DNA of 64,000 nucleotides from Camelus ferus (lineage: Eukaryota), in assembly GCF_009834535.1 (NCBI RefSeq), contig NC_045701.1, forward strand, positions 28,582,001 through 28,646,000, written 5' to 3'. A program made the position numbers and the translations under genes. How positions within the stretch are numbered: position 1 is the first letter of the stretch; each line of letters begins with the position of its first letter. The notes beneath the pieces were generated by a model. The model saw only the letters and a program-made list of their open reading frames with translations. It ran no database searches and had not been told where the DNA came from. Shown in pieces: positions 27,767-40,610 of this stretch.

Positions 27767-27871
27767 GTGGTTTTGCCACCTCACCTAGAGAAGGTCCGGG
27801 ACAAGCTGGCAGAAAACATCCACGAGCTTTGGGGAATGAATAAGATAGAGCTGGGCTGGACTTTTGGCAAG
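27767..27871 (+). CDS. RYR3: RYR3 exon, RY repeat 1 ([35 protein letters not shown])
   Basis: tttag|GTG acceptor, AAG|gtatgt donor; 105 nt, phase 0 to 0. Confidence 0.97.
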
Positions 27872-28439
27872 GTATGTGTTTCAGTGGCCAGGCAGGGGTG
27901 GCCATGTTACCTGGAAGGCATCTTCAAAACCCACATCCACTGCTGTTGACCGACCCCCATGCAGCCCTCACTGCAGATGGCAGCCTCGCTCAGACGTTTG
28001 TTGAGCCACAGACAGGAGTGCTGGGAAGACCAGCTCTGCACAGGCAGACCCAGGAGTTCGTCTCCTTCATACTCCCAAAGGCAGCTTTTTAATTCAGGGA
28101 CTGTCTAGTGCGGTCACCCATCTGCTCCTCCTTCAGGAGCCCTCCTAGCTCCCTCTCCCATCAGAAAAGGCTGTCCTCTCCGTACGGGTAGTGAAAAGAG
28201 GCTGACGCTTGGCTGTGAGTTAGAAGACGTTTGATCTGGTGTCCAGATGTACCACTAAGACGAATGGACACTCGGAGGAGGTTAAGGAATCTCTGTCACT
28301 GGAAAACATTTTTCACAGAGGATGCAGATTGGCTCTGTTCTGTGATTTGTGTAAGGTCATGTCTGCAGGCAGAAGGACCTGATTCTGAAGCTTCCAACGA
28401 CCCTGACGCTCTCAAATTATGCACGTTCTCGCTCAGTTA

Positions 28440-28735
28440 CTGAGGGTCCCTGTGCTCCAGCACTTAGGTATTGATATAGCGACCGTAAATATTCCCCTAG
28501 TATGTGACCCCCTCTCTGCTGTATGCTCTTAGAACACCACAAACCTCTCCTTTGGGAACGCGTCACAGTTGCACTTTTACGTTTATTTCCAGGGTGGTTT
28601 TATTACTGCCCGTCGGCCTGTATCCTTCACGGAGCTGGGGCTATTGCGGCTCACCATTGAACTCCTAATGTCTAGCTTACTGCCTGCCATGTAGAAAACA
28701 CTCAGCAAGTGTTTACTGAATGAATTAATTCACTA
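28440..28735 (+). mobile_element. L2 3' fragment
   Basis: tctagcttactgcctgccatgtagaaaacactcagcaagtgtttactgaatgaat is an L2 terminus. Confidence 0.65.
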
Positions 28736-28749
28736 GTTAATGACTGGAT

Positions 28750-29079
28750 CTGCACTGTCCAATACAGTAGTCGTGAGCCACCTGTGGTTACTGAGCACCT
28801 GAAATGTGACTAGTTTGAATTGAGATGCACTGTCCATATAAAATACACATTGGATTTTCAAGACTTTCTATGAAAAACTAATATAAAATAGCTCAGAAAT
28901 AATTTCTTATATTAATTACTTATTAAAATGGAAATATTTGGGGCACACTGAGTTAAATAAAATGTTATTAAAATTAATTTCACCTCTTTTGGCTTTTCTC
29001 ACATGGCTGCTAGGATCTTTGAAATTACAAATGAGGTTCACGTTGGTGGCTGACTTTATGTTTCCATTGGACAGTCCTG
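28750..29079. mobile_element. MER33 (hAT-Charlie) DNA transposon
   Basis: TIRs ctgcactgtccaat ... attggacagtcctg; internal gagcacctgaaatgtgactag and taaaattaatttcacct match the recalled MER33 consensus. Confidence 0.8.
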
Positions 29080-29442
29080 GCCCCGATCTCATAGCCCTTT
29101 GTTCTGTAGAATGCTACCCAGCGTTGGCACTGTGGTTCTGTGAATTTGGGACAGGCAGGAGCATGGCTACCACGCACAAAACTGCTGCTCTGGGAGAGTA
29201 TGTTCTGAAGGCAGACACTTGACTAGAAACCATCCACAGAACACAAGCCACTGGCAACCTGGGGACTCTGCATCTCATTTACTGGAGAGAAGACCGTCTC
29301 TTTCCCTGTCAGCAGACAGCTGTCTTTGTCTTTCCTGATGTGAATTGCCTGGGCCATGTTTCAAAGTGTGTCCTTTTCTGTTTTCCAAGGCAGTGCCAGT
29401 TGTCAAAACTTAAGTTATGTTCTTTCTTATGTTGTCACCTAG

Positions 29443-29546
29443 ATACGGGATGACAATAAAAGACAACACCCCTGCCTTGTCGAGTTTTCAAAGCTGCCCG
29501 AAACTGAGAAGAATTATAACCTACAAATGTCAACCGAAACTCTAAA
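29443..29546 (+). CDS. RYR3: RYR3 exon, RY repeat 1 ([35 protein letters not shown])
   Basis: cctag|ATA acceptor, AA|gtgagt donor; 104 nt, phase 0 to 2. Confidence 0.96.
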
Positions 29547-29973
29547 GTGAGTGTTTAATTGAATTGAATTTGGACTGAACAGTGAGTGGATGATTGAATG
29601 CCGTGAAACTAAGCTACAAACCTGTGTCTCTTGCCTCAAGACATGATGCAACCTGATAAACGAGTGGAGATGGTGATTATTCATGCCACCGAAGGATTAA
29701 TCATAGTGCATAACACATCCACCATTGTTGGTTAGCATATTTATTTCCTTAGAGACCATTTGCTGTTTGCCAGGGACAGGGAAAAGACAGAAGAAAAGAG
29801 GAGAAACTTGGAATCAAAGGACCAAGTGCCTCTTTTAGTTCATGTTTAATCAAGAAAAAATACGGTAAGATATATAGTGGGTCATAGGTCATATTGAAAT
29901 TGGACAACTTAACCTAGCCTCTAAGGCTCCATTTTCTCATCTACAAAATGGAAGTAGTAATAATTCTACCTAT

Positions 29974-30019
29974 GTATTTATTGTAATACGTATTTATTGT
30001 AATACGTAGTTATTGTAAT
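29974..30019. repeat. 16-bp tandem repeat GTATTTATTGTAATAC, about 2.9 copies
   Basis: Two perfect units plus one partial unit with one mismatch. Confidence 0.9.
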
Positions 30020-30732
30020 GGTGAAGGAAGATAAATTTTTTTTAAATAAGGCATTTCTAAAAACCAAAGGGAAAATGTGTTTTAGTTCACTAAAATTCAA
30101 TTTAAAAATAACTTGGAGCTGCTTTGTGATCCTACCCATGGTGAAAACCCCAACTCAGACCTCAGTTTATATCCCCCGCCTTGAATTCACTCTGTGCTCG
30201 TTACCGGTCCTCCCTGGCTTCTGTTTCTCTGTTCTCTCATTGTCGGTGCAGAACTTTTTAGCCCTGGCTGTACTGGCACAGCGGTGCTCTGGCGTGGTGC
30301 CTTGTCTCATGGGCTCCCACATGTGATGTCCCCGGTCGCACCGTACTTCTTAGGACAGGATACAGCTTTGGCACCTCATGGCGTCCAGCGCAGCTCAACG
30401 CACACTGTGCGGGGAGCACACAGTGAATACTGGCCGACCTGTGGGTTTGCTGTTCCCTGGAATCAGAGACGCAGGATGCAGTCATAATGCAAATAGGGAA
30501 ACTGGAAGATGTTTCCCAGAGGGGCTGTCAACGAGCCTCTGTTCTGTGGTGCTCCCGTGCCTGCTAGCGTCTCAACCGGGAGTCGGCCGCCCAAGGCCCA
30601 CAGGCTAGCCCGACCAGCCACCTGTTTTTGTAAATGAAGTTCTGTTGTAACGGTCAGTTCAGATGCAGGCCAGGGCTCTTGCTGTCCTTTATCTGCCGGT
30701 GACCCTCGTCTCCTCTCTCTGTTATGTCACAG

Positions 30733-30816
30733 GACCCTCCTGGCCCTGGGGTGTCACATCGCTCACGTTAACCCGGCTGCCGAAGAGGATCTAAAGAAGG
30801 TCAAATTGCCCAAAAA
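30733..30816 (+). CDS. RYR3: RYR3 exon (TLLALGCHIAHVNPAAEEDLKKVKLPK-N)
   Basis: cacag|G acceptor, AA|gtaggt donor; 84 nt, phase 2 to 2. Confidence 0.96.
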
Positions 30817-32456
30817 GTAGGTGATTTTTTTAATAGTTGGCGCCTTTAATGCTTCAGTCTGAATTTTTAAACTGGGAGGACAGGAGGCCCGTGCCCAGAG
30901 GCAGGTGACGGCCCCAGATCCTTCTCGCACCAGCTCAGGACTCCTCCAGGTACTCAGGCTGCCCTGAACCCCCTAGACAGACAGAAGGACCGTGCTTCCT
31001 GGCTTTCCCCTTTTTGCTCCTCCTGCCTGGACCTACGCTACTGTCGTTAGTTTTGAGCCAGGAGCTGCGGCACTCAGATGGGTACGCTGTCTTGATCTGC
31101 AAGCATAGCAGCTGGCTCAGGAGCCACAGCACAGACTCACTCCTCTGGCGCTGGGCCAGCCTTGTAAATCCCTTGTGGAAATGGGTGTCTCTGCCAAGAT
31201 TTAATTTGGCCCCTAAATCTGCATGTGTCCTACTCTCCCTCCCGCTCGTACGTTTAGAGAGTCACGTGTTCTCACACATTCAGATGCGCGGCCACGGGCT
31301 CGCCTGCTCGCCCTCCCGTGTGCCGGCCATGGGTGCACACGCATCATGCGCATGTGTCATCACTCCTTCTGAGCCCAGGCAGTGCCAGCTCTAATCAAGT
31401 GCGTATCTCCCCGCTTCTTCCCTGTGAAATTCCCGAGCTGCCAGGCTCCACTCTCAGAGGCAACTCTCAGTGCCAAGAACTGCACATCTGAGAGGCAGCA
31501 GGTGAAGAGCAGCCTGTTGGCCGAGGCTGCTGGGGTCAGTGCTCAGCCATCAACACATGTGGGCTCTGCCCAAGATCAGGCATCCTGGGAAGGTGGACCA
31601 GGGGCAGCATCAGGCCTGCGGTAGACCCTGCATCTCGTGCTGCCCGGAGGTTCCTAGGGAGACTGAGCAGCGCTGGTCTACTAGTCACCACATTTTGTTT
31701 CTGGCCTTGATCTGGGCAGTCGGTGGCCTTGGGGCGACGGGTGCCTCTGTACTCACGTTCCCACGTGTCTGTGATCAGCCGCTGTCCTGTGAGTCACTCC
31801 ATGCTGGACCCTGCTCCTCTCCACTCACAGTGCATGTGCCTGGACTCACACTGGGCTTTTCCCATCTTCACATTACCTATCAGCTTATCTATCAACTTGC
31901 AGTCATTTGCAGCTGTGACTCCTAGACTGGACAGCAAACTGTGAAGGTCACTTCAAGCTCACAAATGCTCTGATGCTATGATTTTTTTTAATTCTCAAAG
32001 AAAAGGATTAGTTTTCTAAGACTGAGTGATCATTCCCTGCTGATTTATATAAGAAACGATTTGGCTCAAGGTCCCGTCCTTGCCATTGGGGTCATAACCT
32101 TTTATGTCTTTGGCGTGAAACAAAGTAGTTCTGGGTAATGTTGCATCACACTGAGTGTGCCCATAGTTTGTAGGGCACGCAGTAGCTTTCTTAGAAGTAA
32201 GAGTGGATTTGCACAGACCACCCGCTTCTCAAACAGTTGCCTTTGAGTCTGTGACACATACTGGCAAAAAGGATGCGGGGTTAGGAGTTTCATCTAAAGA
32301 CCTGAAATGAAGCTGAGTTACCCATTCTGCCAAAGGTAGACCCTGTGACTGTAGCCTCATTTTCATTGTGTTCTGACCCTGTGCTATTGATCTAAAATCT
32401 GAAATGAGGGAGTCATACAGTTCTGTTCAAAATATATGTCTTCCATTTACTTGCAG

Positions 32457-32616
32457 CTACATGATGTCCAACGGCTATAAGCCTGCCCCTTTGGATTTGT
32501 CTGATGTGAAGCTGCTACCTCCTCAAGAAATTCTAGTGGATAAGCTTGCAGAAAATGCACACAACGTTTGGGCAAAAGACAGGCTAAAACAGGGATGGAC
32601 CTATGGCATTCAACAG
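32457..32616 (+). CDS. RYR3: RYR3 exon, RY repeat 2 ([20 protein letters not shown]...GWTYGIQQ)
   Basis: ttgcag|C acceptor, CAG|gtgagc donor; 160 nt, phase 2 to 0. Confidence 0.97.
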
Positions 32617-33955
32617 GTGAGCAGCGCTGGGCCAGGCCTGCTGGAGACACCAGGAGATGGGACCATCCATCAAAATGCCATTTTGCTTTGGTGGGTGTTA
32701 GATTGGGAGATGGAGGTTGCCCTTGCACTCTGTTCCTCATGCCTCAGCAGCACTCATTATTTATAGCATCATGGGACTGGATGGAATCTGTAATGGTCAC
32801 GTTGACGTTAACTCCAGGCACAACTGGAGTTTTGCGACAGTGGAGAGACTCACCCTTCTTTGTTGGTCTGGGCCAGTGCTGACCACGTTGCCCTGTTTAT
32901 ATGCCCACTGGCTGCTTTGTCCCTCATTCCCCGTCTTGCTACCTGCACCACAGAGAGCTGAGCTTTCATGCACTCTCCAAGGCCAAGGTGAGGCCCACAT
33001 AAGCAGCATCACAGCACAGCAGTGTTTCTGGGATGGCCCCAAATATCTACACTGAGGGGAAGGTGGGGAAGCTAGTCCAGGGAAGGGGCAGACCAGCCTG
33101 CCAAGAAGCCTGTGCCCCTTACTTCAGTCCCCAGGGCAGTTGTTGGCTTGTCCAGACGCAACCTGAGAGCCAGGAGCCCAGCAAGGAAGTAGACGGAGTT
33201 TAGAACCAGGGTTCGGCCACAAAGCATCTGGCACACCTCTCACTTGGGAACTCTTCTCAGTAAGTCCCAGGGTCAGCATCAGGGAAGTTCAGGGGCAGCT
33301 GTGTGCACATGTGTTCATTCATACCGAAGCCTCCAAACCTGCATGTGTCTGGAACCAAAAGACCACAGCTAGGGAAACTGTGGTGGGGAAGGGCATATGG
33401 GGCTCACAACAGCATGTTAGGTTATGATGGCTTCTCACTGCCATTGTCACTGTCTTCTTAGCCCCCACGAAGGAAGCGAGGAGGACTCTAAGACAGATAG
33501 GTGCCTGCTACAATGAAACGGACCCACTGCAGCCCTGCCATGTTTTCAGATGCTTCTCTGTAGGCAGAGATGTCTCCCTGTTAAGAGGCCGCTGTGAGGA
33601 AGCCCTGACAGTTTAAATCACGGCATGATCTTTCATAGGGGAATAGTTACACAAACCCCCGTCCGCCTTGCCTGGGGAATGCAGGTTTCTCGCCAGTTTC
33701 ATGACATTCATTTCATTTATTCACAGGCTGGCATTATTAAAATGTGGGGTTTGAATACTAGCTTTGAACATTAGTAAAGATTTTCCACTTCTACTCATTT
33801 AATCCTGAAGAGAAGTGGGAGATATGTACATTGGGAAATGACCTAGCAGACTTATGGGGAAGCCGGGACGATTGCTGGGAAACTGTGGCTGGGAGAGGCT
33901 GTGTGCAAGGATGAAATGTATTTTCTCAGCCCCTCTTTTCTCTGGCTCTGCATAG

Positions 33956-34103
33956 GATTTAAAGAACAAAAGAAACCCCCGGCTGGTACCATACGCGCTA
34001 CTGGATGAGCGTACCAAGAAGTCCAACAGAGATAGCCTTCGTGAAGCTGTTCGGACGTTTGTCGGTTATGGCTATAACATTGAGCCATCAGACCAAGAAC
34101 TGG
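33956..34103 (+). CDS. RYR3: RYR3 exon, RY repeat 2 ([50 protein letters not shown])
   Basis: catag|GAT acceptor, G|gtaatg donor; 148 nt, phase 0 to 1. Confidence 0.97.
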
Positions 34104-34564
34104 GTAATGAGGGGAGACTGTTCATTCTGTCCCCAGTTTACTAAGGAAGTCTTCTTCTGGGGGGGGGGTGGATGCTGGTTTTCAGTAGGTCTAACTTGCA
34201 CTATTAGAAGTGATGTAGGTGCTGAAGGGCACTGAACTCAATGGTGTATTTTAAGAAGTGGGTGGAGGGAGACCGTGTTGATAATAAAGCAATGTCCCGT
34301 TGACAGATGTTTCTATAATGAGCAACTTCTGTGACCCAGTCCCACAGGGAGTAGGTTGTCCTCCAGCATAGCTGAGCTTTTCAGAATATTTGGTCACAAA
34401 ACCAAGTCACCTTTGTTTCTTTTATCTTCCAAACATGTGAGTACCAGCTTCCTTTAGGGTTAGGTAATATCATCTCTAACTTGAGTTCTAGCACAGATTA
34501 AACTCACCAGCTTGTGATGATTTAACATATCACTGTCGTGTCATACCCCAGGCCAGTGGGACAG

Positions 34565-34790
34565 TAAAAAGGGGTTAAGGGGATGGATCTGGAGTGAGAC
34601 AGAGCTGGGTTCAAATCCTTACTCTCCTCAGTTCTTGGGCTCTGTGACCTTGAACAGGTGAACCTCTCTGAGCCTCAGTTTCTTCACCTGTAAAATGAAG
34701 ACAGTAACATTGACTTGATAGGATTATTGTGAGCAAAAAATGGGGTTTAGTTCCTACTACAAGGCAGTCACTCAGTGAGTGGCAGCTCGT
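34565..34790 (+). mobile_element. MIR SINE
   Basis: ctgggttcaaatcc...tgtgaccttgaacaggtgaacctctctgagcctcagtttcttcacctgtaaaatg is the MIR core. Confidence 0.85.
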
Positions 34791-34976
34791 GTTGGTGCTA
34801 TGATATGACGGTGATAGGGATGGTGATTCTGTGATGAGCAGAATGCTTCACTGGATACTAGAAGATCTCCCATCAGTCTTTGTTGTTGAAAGTCTTTTGA
34901 GAAATGCTACCTAGTTATTCAAAGCCTGTGTTCTGTTCTTTCCCTCCTGCACCCTCTACCCTATCCTTCTCAATAG

Positions 34977-35182
34977 CAGACCCAGCTGTGGAGAAAGTCA
35001 GCATAGACAAGATCCGGTTTTTCCGAGTAGAGCGGTCATATGCCGTGAGATCTGGAAAGTGGTATTTTGAGTTTGAGGTGGTGACCGGAGGAGACATGCG
35101 CGTCGGCTGGGCCAGGCCAGGCTGTCGGCCGGACGTTGAGCTGGGGGCCGATGACCAAGCCTTTGTGTTTGAAGGCAGCAGG
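34977..35182 (+). CDS. RYR3: RYR3 exon, SPRY2 ([32 protein letters not shown]...FEGSR)
   Basis: aatag|CA acceptor, AGG|gtgagt donor; 206 nt, phase 1 to 0. Confidence 0.97.
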
Positions 35183-35776
35183 GTGAGTCTGGCTAGTGTC
35201 CACACGTCCTCAGTCCAAGTTTTTCTTCTCCCAGAAGAAAATAATGGCCTCAGAAGTTAGAAGTTCTGAGTCTCTGGATCTCTGGCTTCAAAAGTGAGGA
35301 GCCACCACACTGGCTGATGTAGACCTTTGACTGATCATCACGTAGTGATTGTCACTTTGCTCTTTGTTCTGGAGAAGGGCAGACTGCACACTCCAGTCCT
35401 TTCTCTAATCTCCTCCATGTCTGCCTTGCCCCTGAGCCCACGGCCCCCTCTGCAGAGGAGGCTCACAGGACCCTGTGCAGCCAGTATGTGGGGGAATCTT
35501 ACCACTTTGTATTAGAGGGAGTTCTGCTTGTTTTCATAGATGACAAGGCATTGGGAGGCTCGGGCCACCTTCTCCGATAAGCTTTGTACATCTTGGTTTC
35601 ATGCATCTGTAGGTAGACCAGTTCTCCCTGTGAGCTGCCCTTGGTAGAAGGTCAGTGCCTTGTAGAGACCAGGTGCCACTGCCAGTTAGGAGCAGTCACT
35701 CTTGTGGCCATCTCTCCAGCTGCACAGGGGGCTCCAGGACTTCCATTTCTCTAAGTCCTGGGGTCTTGTTTTCTAG

Positions 35777-35951
35777 GGCCAGCGCTGGCATCAAGGGAGT
35801 GGGTATTTTGGACGGACCTGGCAGCCAGGAGACGTGGTTGGATGTATGATTAACCTGGATGATGCTTCAATGATCTTCACACTGAACGGGGAGCTGCTGA
35901 TCACCAACAAAGGCTCTGAACTTGCCTTCGCTGACTATGAGATTCACAACG
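35777..35951 (+). CDS. RYR3: RYR3 exon, SPRY2 (GQRWHQGSGYFGRTWQPGDVVGC...FADYEIHN-G)
   Basis: ttctag|GGC acceptor, G|gtaagt donor; 175 nt, phase 0 to 1. Confidence 0.97.
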
Positions 35952-37230
35952 GTAAGTCTACCAGCGTCCTCCCTCCCTGCCCCACACCTCCATGGGATAA
36001 AGGAAAATCCAGGGTGCAGAGTGAGCTCTTCCACCTCCTCGCTCAGGGCACACCGGCCTTGGCATATTTGAAACTCTGGTGGTGAAAACAATCCCTTAAA
36101 CCATCATTTTTGAAGAATCAAGACAAATAATGGTGACAGTTGGTATGCATAGTGTAAATGTAAGTCTGAACTTGCAGAGAGGCTGAACAAGAAGCTCTCC
36201 TCTGATTCCCTGCCCTGCGCCTCAGCATGTTAAGATTCCCCAGGTTTCCCGGTATCACAAAGGAAATGCTAATTGCATATGGACTAATGTCCCCCGCAGG
36301 AGAGAAAAATCAGTGAAAAAGAATTATCCTCTTCTGATTTGAATTGTCAGTCTGAATGTTTGTGTAGTTGAACTTGATGCTTTGATGAGAATCATTGAAA
36401 CACAAAAGTTTGACTTAGCTGTTTCCTTAAATGAAATAGAATTTATTTTGAAATTCAAACACTGCTGTGAAATAAGCACAACTGCAGTTGTAATGGCCAC
36501 GAATGGACCGCTGTCAGGCAGTGCTTCCAGCTGCACAGAGGAGCAGTGGGTGCTGCTTGTGTCCCATCTACATAACTACGTTATGTTCACAAGGTTGTTG
36601 GCTCCAAGAGAAGGAGCACTGGACTGCGAGTTGGCTGACTTGCTCCTGGCAAGCTGTGTGGCTCCCACAGAGTCTTGGCTTGACTTCTCTGGGCTTTGCC
36701 TTTTTCATCTGTACCAGAAAATAAGATGATAGACTGCATGAGTGCCAACATCCTTCTCGGATATAAAATTCTATGGCAGTGACTTAATACCCGCTGTGTT
36801 CACGTCCCTGGGCTTGGTGCCTTGCCACTCTTTACTGCTTCAGTACAGATGAGGAGGAGGCAGAGTGCTTGAGAGGAAAAGAGGCTGCTCGGGGGCAGGT
36901 GACCTGGGTTCCTGTCCTGCTTCTGCCCATCCCCACCTGTGACATCTTGGGTTGACTTTATACCTCTTTGTATCTCATTTCCTCCTCTGTAAATGATTGA
37001 GGGTGCCTGGAGCTCTACGTTTCTGAGACATCACAAAAAGAAACAGTCCCTACCCTAAGAAGTTAAAAAGGATAAAACTGCGTAAGCAAGAGCAGAAGAA
37101 ATACAGAAGTATATATTATTAATCCATATAAAATATTCTTTACTTACAAAGTGTTTTAGCTTTGTAAATCACATTCACACTTTCCACAGACACCTATTAT
37201 CTGCAGCATGCATACCCAACTGTGCCTTTT

Positions 37231-40229
37231 TTTAAATTGAAGTACAGTTGATTTGCAATGTTGTGTTAGTTTCAGGTGTACAGCATAGTGATTCAGTTAT
37301 ACATATACATGTATATATTATTTTTCAAATTCTTTTCCATTATAGGTTATTGCAAGATACCAAGTATAGTTCCCTGTGCTATATAGTAGGTCCCTGTTGG
37401 TTTTATATTTTGTATATAGTACTGTGTATATGTTAATACCAAACTCCTAATTTGTACTCCCCCTCCTTTCCCTTTTGGTAACCATAAATTTGTTTTCTAT
37501 GTCTGTGAGTCTATTTTTGTGTTGTAAATAAGTTCATTTGTATCATTAGTTTAGATTCCACATATAAGTGATATCATATGATACTTGTTTTCCTCTGTCT
37601 GACTTACTTAGTACAATAATTTTTAGGTCCATCTATTGTTGCTGTAAATGGNNNNNNNNNNNNNNNNNNNNNNNNNNNNNNNNNNNNNNNNNNNNNNNNN
37701 NNNNNNNNNNNNNNNNNNNNNNNNNNNNNNNNNNNNNNNNNNNNNNNNNNNNNNNNNNNNNNNNNNNNNNNNNNNNNNNNNNNNNNNNNNNNNNNNNNNN
37801 NNNNNNNNNNNNNNNNNNNNNNNNNNNNNNNNNNNNNNNNNNNNNNNNTTAGTGTTTTTGCTGGATATATGCCCAGGAGTGGGATTGCTGGACCATGTGA
37901 TGACTCTATTTTTAGTTTTTTAAAGGAACTCCATGTTCTCCATTGGGCTGTACCAGTTTACATTCCCACCAACAGTGTAGAAGGGCTCCCTTTTCTCCAC
38001 ACCCTCTCCAGCAGTTTATTATTTGTAGTCTTTTTGATGATGGCCATTCTGACCAGTGTGATGTGATACCTTATTGTAATTTTGATTTTCATTTCTTTAA
38101 TAATTAGTACTATTGAGCATCTTTTCACTGTGCCTATTGGCCAACTGTATGTCTTCTTTGGAGAAGTGTCTCTTTAGATCATCAGTTCATTTTTTGAATG
38201 AGTTGTTTGTTTTTATATTGAGCTGTATGAGCTGTTTGGAAATTAANNNNNNNNNNNNNNNNNNNNNNNNNNNNNNNNNNNNNNNNNNNNNNNNNNNNNN
38301 NNNNNNNNNNNNNNNNNNNNNNNNNNNNNNNNNNNNNNNNNNNNNNNNNNNNNNNNNNNNNNNNNNNNNNNNNNNNNNNNNNTCCATATGTTTATGTCAT
38401 CTTCAACTTCTTTCATCAGTGTCTTACAATTTTTGAAGTACATACAGGTCTTTTGCCTCCCTAGGTAGGTTTGTTCCTAGGTATTTTATTCTTTTTGATG
38501 CAATGGTAAATGGGATTATTTCCTTTATTTCACGTTCTGATATTTCATTGTTAGTGTATAGAAATCCATCAGATTTCTGTATATAAATTTTGTATCTTGC
38601 AGCTTTACCAAATTCATTGACGAGGCTAGTAGTTTTCTGGTAGCATCTTTAGGATTTTCTACATATAGTATCATGTTATCTACAAACAGTGACAGTTTTA
38701 CTTCTTTTCCAACTTGGATTGCTTTTATTTCTTTTTCTTCTCTGATTGCTATGGCTAGGACTTCCAAAACAATGTTGAATAAAAGTGGTGAGAGTGAACA
38801 TCCTTGTCTTGTTCCTGAAAACCTTTCAACTTTTCCCCATTGACTATGATAGAGGCTGTGTGTTTGTCATATATGGCCTGTATTTTGTTGAGGTATGATT
38901 TCTCTATGCCCATATTCTGGAGAGTTTTTATCATAAATGAATGAATTTTATCAAAAGCTTTTTCTGTATCTATTGAAATGATCATATAGTTTTTATTCTT
39001 CAGTTTATTAGTGTAGTGTATCACACTGATTTGCAGATAGTGAANNNNNNNNNNNNNNNNNNNNNNNNNNNNNNNNNNNNNNNNNNNNNNNNNNNNNNNN
39101 NNNNNNNNNNNNNNNNNNNNNNNNNNNNNNNNNNNNNNNNNNNNNNNNNNNNNNNNNNNNNNNNNNNNNNNNNNNNNNNNNNNNNNTTTTGTGATATCTT
39201 TGTCTGGTGATGGTGGCCTCATAGAATGAGTTCAGAAGTATTCGTTCCTCTGCAATTTGGGACAACAGTTTTAGAAGGATAGGCGTTAACTCTTCTCTAA
39301 GTGTTTGGTAGAATTCACCTGGTGAAACCATCTGGTCTGGACTTTTGTTTGTTGGGAGTTTTTTAATTACTGATTCAATTTAAGTACTGGCAATTGGTCT
39401 GTTCAAATTTTTTATTTCTTCCTGGTTCAGTTTTGGGAGATTGTACCTTTCTAAGAACATGTCCATTTCTTCTAGGTTGTCCATTTTTATTCGTGTATGG
39501 TTGCTTGTAGGAGTCTCTTATGGTCCTTCATATTTCTGTGGTGTTAGTGGTAACTTCTCCTTTTTCTTTCTGATTTTATTGTTTTGAGCCCTCTCCCTTT
39601 TTTTCTTCAAGAGNNNNNNNNNNNNNNNNNNNNNNNNNNNNNNNNNNNNNNNNNNNNNNNNNNNNNNNNNNNNNNNNNNNNNNNNNNNNNNNNNNNNNNN
39701 NNNNNNNNNNNNNNNNNNNNNNNNNNNNNNNNNNNNNNNNNTACTAACTGGGTTTGTTCTTCTTTCTCTAGTTGCTTTAGGTGTAAGGGTAGACTGTTTA
39801 TTTGAGGTTTTCTGTTTATATCCTGAGGTAAGCTTGTATCGCTATAAACTTCCCTCTTAGAACTGCTTTTGCTGCATCCCATAGGTTTTGGATCATCATG
39901 TTTTCATTTTCATTTGTCTCTAGGTATTTTTTTGTTTCCTCCTTAATTTCTTCAGTGATCCATTAGTTGTTTAGTAGCATATTGTTTAGCCTCCACATGC
40001 TTGTATTTTTTACAGTTTTTTTCTTGTAGTTGATTTCTAATCTCATAGTATGGTGGTCAGAAAAGATTCTTGATATGATTTCAGTTTTCTTAAATTTACC
40101 AAAACTTGCTTTGTGGCCCAGAATGTGATCTATCCTGGAGAATGTTCCACGTGCACTTGAAAAGAATGTGTATTCTGCTGCTTTCAGATGGACTGCTCTG
40201 TAAATATCACTGAAGTCCATCTCGTCTAA
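37231..40229 (-). mobile_element. 5'-truncated, degraded L1 (endonuclease fragment through RT to 3' UTR and poly-A), cetartiodactyl-type
   Basis: Minus-strand ORF2 remnants (YTFFSSARGTFSRIDHILGHK, endonuclease; [15 protein letters not shown]) and a poly-T at about 37227-37233. Candidate TSD TGTGYCTTTT at 37221-37230 and 40230-40239, followed by AA (TTTT|AA endonuclease site). Confidence 0.93.
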
Positions 40230-40610
40230 TGTGTCTTTTAAGGCAGCAGAAAGACTGGCTTATGTGCTGGTTCAGAGGCAGAGGGGAGGAAACCATGCAG
40301 GTGGACCTGAGGGCAGTACAGAAGAGCCATTTTCTAGCACTGCTCTTTGGAAATAAGTACTTACCAAGTACCCACCACAGGCAGTGCTCTCTCCATGAGG
40401 CTAGAGGAAAACAAAGGACTAGTGGATTCAGGCTCACCCCAAGGAAAGTAGCTCCCTGGAGTAGAAAGAGTTCAAAGACCAGCAACCTTGTCATGGCTTT
40501 CCTCTGTGTGGACTGCGGGAGGTTACTTATCCATGAGACTTTGGCTCCACATAAGGAGGAAGTAAGAATCTTGTCTTTGTGCAGAGTTCTAAGAACTTTG
40601 TAAAGTCCAA

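Noticed and set aside
29974-30019. Short direct repeats as a CRISPR-like array
   Set aside because: The units are adjacent with no spacers, and the context is a mammalian intron.
31320-31360. Palindromic CATGCGCATG (NRF1-like) and nearby CpGs; similar CGCATGCG/CACGTG near 4825-4840
   Set aside because: Short motifs like these are expected by chance in 64 kb, and there is no CpG island or other support.
37568-40220. L1 ORF2-like ORFs as an active retrotransposon or separate gene
   Set aside because: They are fragmented by stops and frameshifts, 5'-truncated within the endonuclease domain and lack ORF1 and a promoter.
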